Source: Ignavibacteriota bacterium (lineage in GTDB: Bacteria; Bacteroidota; Ignavibacteria; UBA10030; UBA6906). From it: a stretch of DNA of 64,000 nt. Position numbers and translations under genes: made by a program. The notes beneath the pieces are model-generated. The model was not told the DNA's origin. It ran no database searches and saw only the letters and a program-made list of their open reading frames with translations. The stretch covers positions 11,443 through 75,442 of the forward strand of contig PMJQ01000101.1 of the NCBI GenBank assembly GCA_003157485.1, written 5' to 3'. This document shows positions 59,695-64,000 of this stretch, piece after piece. Positions within the stretch are counted from its first letter, which is position 1, and the number at the start of each line of letters is the position of its first letter.

Positions 59695-61212
59695 TCATCG
59701 ATCTCCGGTTTCCGTGGGGAATCTCATTTCTTCGACGTAGACATCCTGGAAATCGCCGTCGGAGTCAAGCGCGATATGGCGCACGCCGGAGGCGAGTTCG
59801 TCGTAGGCCCCGGGCTCGTCGAAGAGCGCCCGCTTTGCCCCCCGCAGCGCGGTATTCCCCGAAGGGACGATCCTGTCGGGGGGGAAATTCACAAGCCCGA
59901 TTGTTTTCGCGCTCGCGGTGTTGACGTAGTTGCCGAAAGCGCCCGCCAGGTAGACGCGCGCGATATCCCCCTCCGCAAGTCCGGACTTCCCGAGCAGTAT
60001 GCGGACCCCTGCCGCTATCGCCCCCTTTGCAAGCTGGAGCTCGCGGATGTCCGTCTGCGTCAGTGCCACCGGGTCCGCAATCATGATGGACGGCTCGCGC
60101 CCGGTGAACCGGCCCCCCGGAGTGATGCGCCCCAGGCGCAGGAGGACCGCCGCGGCGTCCACAAGCCCGCTTCCGCAGATCCCCCGCGGTGCGACGTCGC
60201 CGAGCGTCCTGCACGCGAGTCCTCCCCCCGGACCTGGCTCGACTTCCGCGATCGCCCCCGTCGCTGCCCGCATTCCCATGGAGATCCTCGCTCCTTCAAA
60301 CGCGGGGCCTGCCGCTGTGGAGCAGCAGAGTAGTCCTCCCCGGGATCCGATCACGATTTCGCCGTTCGTCCCGAGGTCGATCAGGCAGAGGGGGACGTCG
60401 CTCCTGTGGAGGTTGACCGCGAGTATCCCCGCGAGTATGTCGCTCCCCACGAACCCTCCAAGGCAGGGGAGAAACCGTATGCTCCCTCCGGCGCTCCACC
60501 CGAGATCCTCCGCGCGGAATGGCTCCATGCCGTCGCGGACCGGCTCGAACGGGTAACGGGAGAGCGGCGTGCAGTCGATCCCGCAGAAGAGGTGATGCAT
60601 CACCGTGTTGCCGACGAGAACGACGTCCGTGAGCGACGCGGGGTCCGCCTTCCCCTTCCGGAGGAGTTCGCCGATCATTGCGCCTGTCTGGGTACGTATC
60701 AGCGCGGTGAGGAGCTCCTGTTTTTTCTCGTTGACGGCGAACCCGACGCGGCTCATGACGTCCGCGCCGTGCCTGGCCTGTGCATTGAGCGCAGTGGCGA
60801 CGGCGAGGACGTCGGCGGTGCGGAGATCAAGGAGCTGGGCCACGAGCGTTGTTGTCCCCACGTCGATGGCGATGCCGAGCCCGCTCCGCGGCGTGAATGC
60901 GAATGGCGATTCGTCGGAGAGTATCGCCGCTTCCCACTGGGCGAGCTCGAGCGTGAGGTCTTCCTCCGCCCGGCAGTGGCATGCAAGGCGCCAGCCGGCG
61001 TCGAGCTCCCCGGGCGAGAGTATCCGCTCCTGCTCGGCCGTGACCGGGAGCGTTCCTTCGAGAACGCGCACGCGGCAGCCCTTGCAGCGGGCGCGCCCGC
61101 CGCAGGGGAATTCCACGCCGTACGGGAAGAGGACCTCCTGCAGCGGCGAACCGCGGGGGACCTCGAACGCGGCGCCGAGCGGCCGGAGCGTGATGCGGAC
61201 GCTCGCCGTCAT
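59695..61212 (-). CDS. RACo-type reductive activator of corrinoid proteins (2Fe-2S ferredoxin domain + ASKHA/DUF4445 ATPase)
   Basis: N-terminal 'FPCGGRARCKGCRVRVLEG...WRLACHC'. ASKHA 'GIAIDVGTTTLVAQLLDL', 'LIDLGTNGEIVIG', 'STAAGPAFEGARISMGMRA'. Confidence 0.85.
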   Translation of the reverse strand: MTASVRITLRPLGAAFEVPRGSPLQEVLFPYGVEFPCGGRARCKGCRVRVLEGTLPVTAEQERILSPGELDAGWRLACHCRAEEDLTLELAQWEAAILSDESPFAFTPRSGLGIAIDVGTTTLVAQLLDLRTADVLAVATALNAQARHGADVMSRVGFAVNEKKQELLTALIRTQTGAMIGELLRKGKADPASLTDVVLVGNTVMHHLFCGIDCTPLSRYPFEPVRDGMEPFRAEDLGWSAGGSIRFLPCLGGFVGSDILAGILAVNLHRSDVPLCLIDLGTNGEIVIGSRGGLLCCSTAAGPAFEGARISMGMRAATGAIAEVEPGPGGGLACRTLGDVAPRGICGSGLVDAAAVLLRLGRITPGGRFTGREPSIMIADPVALTQTDIRELQLAKGAIAAGVRILLGKSGLAEGDIARVYLAGAFGNYVNTASAKTIGLVNFPPDRIVPSGNTALRGAKRALFDEPGAYDELASGVRHIALDSDGDFQDVYVEEMRFPTETGDR

Positions 61213-61958
61213 GTGTCGGCCTTCTCCGCGCGTATCAGATCATTCGTATAGTCCGGGGCGATTCTGAACCCGGGGGGGACGGTGAGGAACTCCCGTTCAT
61301 CCCACGGCCCGTTGACGAGGGCGCGGAGAAGCCGGATGTCCCCCTGTTCGGTTGTGAACTCCAGCCCTTTTTCCCCGGCCCGCTTCCTCGCCGTGGCAAG
61401 GAACGAGCCGTCGGGTTCCAGTCCCATGGCGATGAACGTCAGCTTCTTGTAGTGTTTTGTCTGGTCGCAGAGCTGGTCGTAGAGGTACTGCGCGTTGTCT
61501 TCGCCGTATTTTTCGACGAGCTCCCCGTATGTCATGTCCATCCCGTTGGCGTGCTGTATCGAAAGCTGGCGGAGGTCTCCGGTCGCTTCCCCCCGTTCGA
61601 TCCACCCGGTCGTGAGGAAATACGTCCCCGGATTTTTCCGGAAATACTCTTCGTAGCGCTCCCTGCTCCCGAAGAAGAGCGTCATGCAGTCGTGTGCGCG
61701 GGGGACGACAAGAGGCAGCCCGCGGGCGGCGAGCCCGGCGATCCCGTTGTTGCAGAGCCCGTAGCCGAGGAGGATCATGTCGCAGAGCGATTCGTCCACG
61801 CGGTCGACGGCGGCCTGGAGCCGCTCGCGCATGCCGGAGCATCCGATGTCGTGGAGACCCTTGGGGAGAAACACGAGGTCCACCTGGTGGGGAGAGCGCG
61901 CGGCCGTCTCGCAGAGCTCGCGCGTAAACACTTCGCAGCTGATGAGCGTGAGTCGCAT
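61209..61958 (-). CDS. DUF1638 domain protein (typically linked to corrinoid methyltransferase operons)
   Basis: 'MRLTLISCEVFTRELCE', 'ILLGYGLCNNG', 'VVPRAHDCMTLFFGS'. 4-nt overlap with the RACo start. Confidence 0.7.
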   Translation of the reverse strand: MRLTLISCEVFTRELCETAARSPHQVDLVFLPKGLHDIGCSGMRERLQAAVDRVDESLCDMILLGYGLCNNGIAGLAARGLPLVVPRAHDCMTLFFGSRERYEEYFRKNPGTYFLTTGWIERGEATGDLRQLSIQHANGMDMTYGELVEKYGEDNAQYLYDQLCDQTKHYKKLTFIAMGLEPDGSFLATARKRAGEKGLEFTTEQGDIRLLRALVNGPWDEREFLTVPPGFRIAPDYTNDLIRAEKADT

Positions 61959-61982
61959 GCGCGTGCGGCCTCTCCTGTTCGT

Positions 61983-62861
61983 CTAGCGGGCCGGGTGGAG
62001 CGCCGCCGCAAGGGCGCGGATGAATTCCGGTGTCGTGCCGCAGCAGCCGCCGATGAAGTCCGCGCCCGCCCGGCGCAGCGCGAGGGACCCGGCGCTGAAC
62101 TCCTCCGGCGTCGTCCGGTACGTGATATGTCCCTCCGCCATCTCCGGCATCCCCGCGTTCGGCTTGATCCAGAGGGGGAGGGTCGTCGCTTTTCTGAGGC
62201 GTGTGCAGACGGGGATGTATCCTTCGATGCCGAGTCCGCAGTTGGCGCCGATGGCGTCGGCGCCTGCGTCGGCAAGGGCGGCGGCGACCTGTTCGGGGGT
62301 CGTACCCATCATCGTCCGGTCATGCTCTTTGCCCGAATCGAAGACCATGCTCGCGATGACCGGCAGCCCGGTGGTCCGGGCGGCGCGGAGGGCGATCCGC
62401 GCCTCTTCAATATCGGACATCGTCTCGATGAGTATCGCGTCGGCGCCGGCGACGGCGAGCGCATGGCATTGCTCGGCGAATGCCTCCGTGAGCTCGTCCT
62501 CCGTCACTTCCCCGGACATGAGCATTTTCCCGCTCGGCCCGACGGAGGCGAACACCCGCGCCCGCCCGCGGGCGGCCTTCCGCGATATGCCGACTCCGGC
62601 GGCGTTGAGCGCCGCGGCGTCCACCCCCCCTCCGTGGGAGGCGAGCGCGATCCGGTTCGACCGGAACGTGTTCGTCAGGATCACGGCGCTCCCCGCCTCG
62701 ACGTAACGGGAAGCGACCTCTTCCACCCGGTCCGGATGGGAAAGGTTCCAGAGGTCGGGATGCTCTCCCGGTGCCAGGCCCTGTTTCTGAAGCTCGGTCC
62801 CCCATGCGCCGTCCGTGACGACGGGGGCGTGTGCGAGAAGGGACGTGAGAAGGGGATGCAC
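61983..62861 (-). CDS. homocysteine S-methyltransferase domain protein (MetH N-terminal module / BHMT-like)
   Basis: GTG start chosen 10 nt downstream of the corrinoid-protein stop. 'VVTDGAWGTELQK', 'ILTNTFRSN', 'ADAILIETMSD'. Zn-ligand contexts 'IGANCGLG' and 'IGGCCGTTPEFI'. Confidence 0.8.
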   Translation of the reverse strand: MHPLLTSLLAHAPVVTDGAWGTELQKQGLAPGEHPDLWNLSHPDRVEEVASRYVEAGSAVILTNTFRSNRIALASHGGGVDAAALNAAGVGISRKAARGRARVFASVGPSGKMLMSGEVTEDELTEAFAEQCHALAVAGADAILIETMSDIEEARIALRAARTTGLPVIASMVFDSGKEHDRTMMGTTPEQVAAALADAGADAIGANCGLGIEGYIPVCTRLRKATTLPLWIKPNAGMPEMAEGHITYRTTPEEFSAGSLALRRAGADFIGGCCGTTPEFIRALAAALHPAR

Positions 62862-62871
62862 CGGCGTGGCC

Positions 62872-63507
62872 CTACGCCGCGACAAGCCTGCGGGCCAGCG
62901 CGACGGCCGCGTTCGCGTTGCTCGAGTAGCCGTCCGCGCCGATTTCATCGGCGTATTTCTGCGTGACCGGCGCGCCCCCGATCATCACCTTGACGCCGGG
63001 GCGCATCCCCGATTCGTTCAGCTTCTCCACGACGCCCTTCATGGAATGCATCGTCGTCGTCAGGAGGGCGGAGAGCGCGACGAGCGTCGCGTGCTTCTCT
63101 TTTGCCGCGTTGATGAATTTTTCGGGGGAGACGTCGACGCCGAGGTCGATGACTTCGAACCCGGCCCCCTCGAGCATCGCGCCGACGAGGTTCTTGCCGA
63201 TGTCGTGCAGGTCCCCTTGTACCGTGCCGATAACCACCCGTCCGACGGGCTCCGACCCGCGTGCGGACAGAAGAGGCCGGATGAGTTCGAGGGAGGCTTT
63301 CATCGCCCGTGCGGCGATGAGAAGCTCGGGGACGAAATACTCGTTTGCCTCGTAGCGGCGGCCGACTTCGTTCATCGCGGGGATCATCGTGTCGTCAACG
63401 AGGGCCTGGGGGTTCACCCCGGAGGCGAGGCTCGTCTGTGTGATTTCTTTCGCGGCTTTGGCGTTGCCGTTGAGTATCGCGTCGTAGAGCGTCTGGATCA
63501 CTGGCAT
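62872..63507 (-). CDS. cobalamin-binding corrinoid protein (MtaC/MtbC/MetH-B12-domain-like)
   Basis: B12-binding-2 cap 'AILNGNAKAAKEITQTSLASGVNPQALVDDTMIPAMNEVGRRY'. 'GTVQGDLHDIGKNLV' (DxHxxG), 'ALSALLTTTM', 'VMIGGAPV'. SD GAGGAG upstream. Confidence 0.9.
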   Translation of the reverse strand: MPVIQTLYDAILNGNAKAAKEITQTSLASGVNPQALVDDTMIPAMNEVGRRYEANEYFVPELLIAARAMKASLELIRPLLSARGSEPVGRVVIGTVQGDLHDIGKNLVGAMLEGAGFEVIDLGVDVSPEKFINAAKEKHATLVALSALLTTTMHSMKGVVEKLNESGMRPGVKVMIGGAPVTQKYADEIGADGYSSNANAAVALARRLVAA

Positions 63508-63527
63508 GGCGTTCTCCTCTCGTTGGG

Positions 63528-64000
63528 TTACAGCGCACCGTATTCGTGAATGGTGTCGTACATTGTGACAATGTTGAGCGTCGGCGTGACAGGCTGGAGA
63601 TTGTGGCAGGGGGCGCAGACCCATCGCGCGCTTCTGAAGATCTCGATGTTCTGGAGAACCTCCCGTCTGACGTCCCCGGCGGACCCGAACGGGAGCGTCT
63701 GCTGGTTGTCCATCGCTCCGTGAAACACGACCCTCTTCCCGAAGTCGCGCACGAGGCCTTCCCGTTCCATTCCCGGACACCGCCATTGTATCGGATTGAG
63801 AAGCTCGATCCCGGTGACGTCGAGAAGATCCGGGATGACCGGGCGCACCGCGCCGTCCGTGTGGTAGAACACGTGGATGCCGTAGCTGCGCGCCAGGTCC
63901 GCCATCTTCTTCTGGTTCGGGAGAAAGAACCTCCGGATCTGCGGGAGGCTCATGAGGAGCGACGTCTGCCCTCCGAGGTCCTCCGCGATGTACGTCACGC
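63528..64000 (-). CDS. UROD family (MtaA/CmuA-like) methyltransferase-type protein, C-terminal part only (runs off the window)
   Basis: 'IAEDLGGQTSLLMSLPQIRRFFLPNQKKMADLARSYGIHVFYHTDGAVRPVIPDLLDVTGIELLNPIQ', 'APCHNLQPVTPTLNIVTMYDTI'. Stop TAA at 63528-63530. Confidence 0.7.
   Translation of the reverse strand, partial: VTYIAEDLGGQTSLLMSLPQIRRFFLPNQKKMADLARSYGIHVFYHTDGAVRPVIPDLLDVTGIELLNPIQWRCPGMEREGLVRDFGKRVVFHGAMDNQQTLPFGSAGDVRREVLQNIEIFRSARWVCAPCHNLQPVTPTLNIVTMYDTIHEYGAL

Noticed and set aside
61452-62966. 504-aa plus-strand ORF
   Set aside because: It is antisense to the DUF1638 and homocysteine-S-methyltransferase genes, both of which have strong family motifs. Its composition is typical of a spurious GC-rich ORF.
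43528-64000. In-frame amber codons (pyrrolysine) in the methyltransferase genes
   Set aside because: All the MT-like ORFs are uninterrupted. The families present (MtaB, UROD/MtaA-like) are not the Pyl-containing MttB/MtbB/MtmB types.
1-64000. Mobile elements, prophage, defence systems, tRNA/rRNA genes
   Set aside because: No transposase, integrase, recombinase, phage structural, Cas or restriction-type proteins are recognisable in any supported ORF. The few intergenic gaps are too short or lack tRNA-like structure.

Overview
GC-rich bacterial chromosomal segment with strong GC3 bias, so most long antisense or off-frame ORFs in the track are artefacts. I see no rRNA, tRNA, CRISPR array, transposase or integrase. 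I call 47 genes. Forty-two of them run co-directionally on the + strand from 952 to 59598, and at least 14 junctions are 4-nt ATGA/GTGA stop-start overlaps. Five genes converge from the right on the - strand (59695 to beyond 64000).

Content, left to right:
- An outer-membrane uptake trio: a TonB-dependent receptor, a large secreted protein with a T9SS-type C-terminal domain, and a PorV-like barrel.
- A very large glycan-catabolism array: two GH15-like genes, one other six-hairpin glycosidase-like gene, GH38, GH88, two heparinase II/III-like lyases, BNR propellers, two Na+/solute symporters, an IclR regulator, sugar kinases, a class I aldolase, mannose-6-P isomerase and glycerate kinase.
- An embedded amino-acid-type module: FAH, an OSBS/NAAAR-type enolase, a DHOD-like protein plus ferredoxin, a cyclase and an M20 peptidase.
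- Several uncharacterised paralog families.

The most unusual feature is a complete corrinoid-dependent methyl-transfer toolkit, partly interleaved with the sugar genes and partly in the convergent operon. It comprises an MtaB-family gene, three UROD/MtaA-like genes, a short MetE-like gene, a DxHxxG corrinoid protein, a homocysteine-S-methyltransferase-type module, DUF1638 and a RACo-type reductive activase. I interpret this, as inference only, as a candidate route for removing methyl groups from methylated glycans (or using the released methanol), possibly passing them to a thiol acceptor.

The taxon is unknown. The T9SS-type CTD and PorV-like gene suggest an FCB-group-like, probably uncultivated, organism (inference). 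Gene starts were chosen from the ORF track by signal peptides, SD sequences and stop-start overlaps, and several are uncertain by a few codons.
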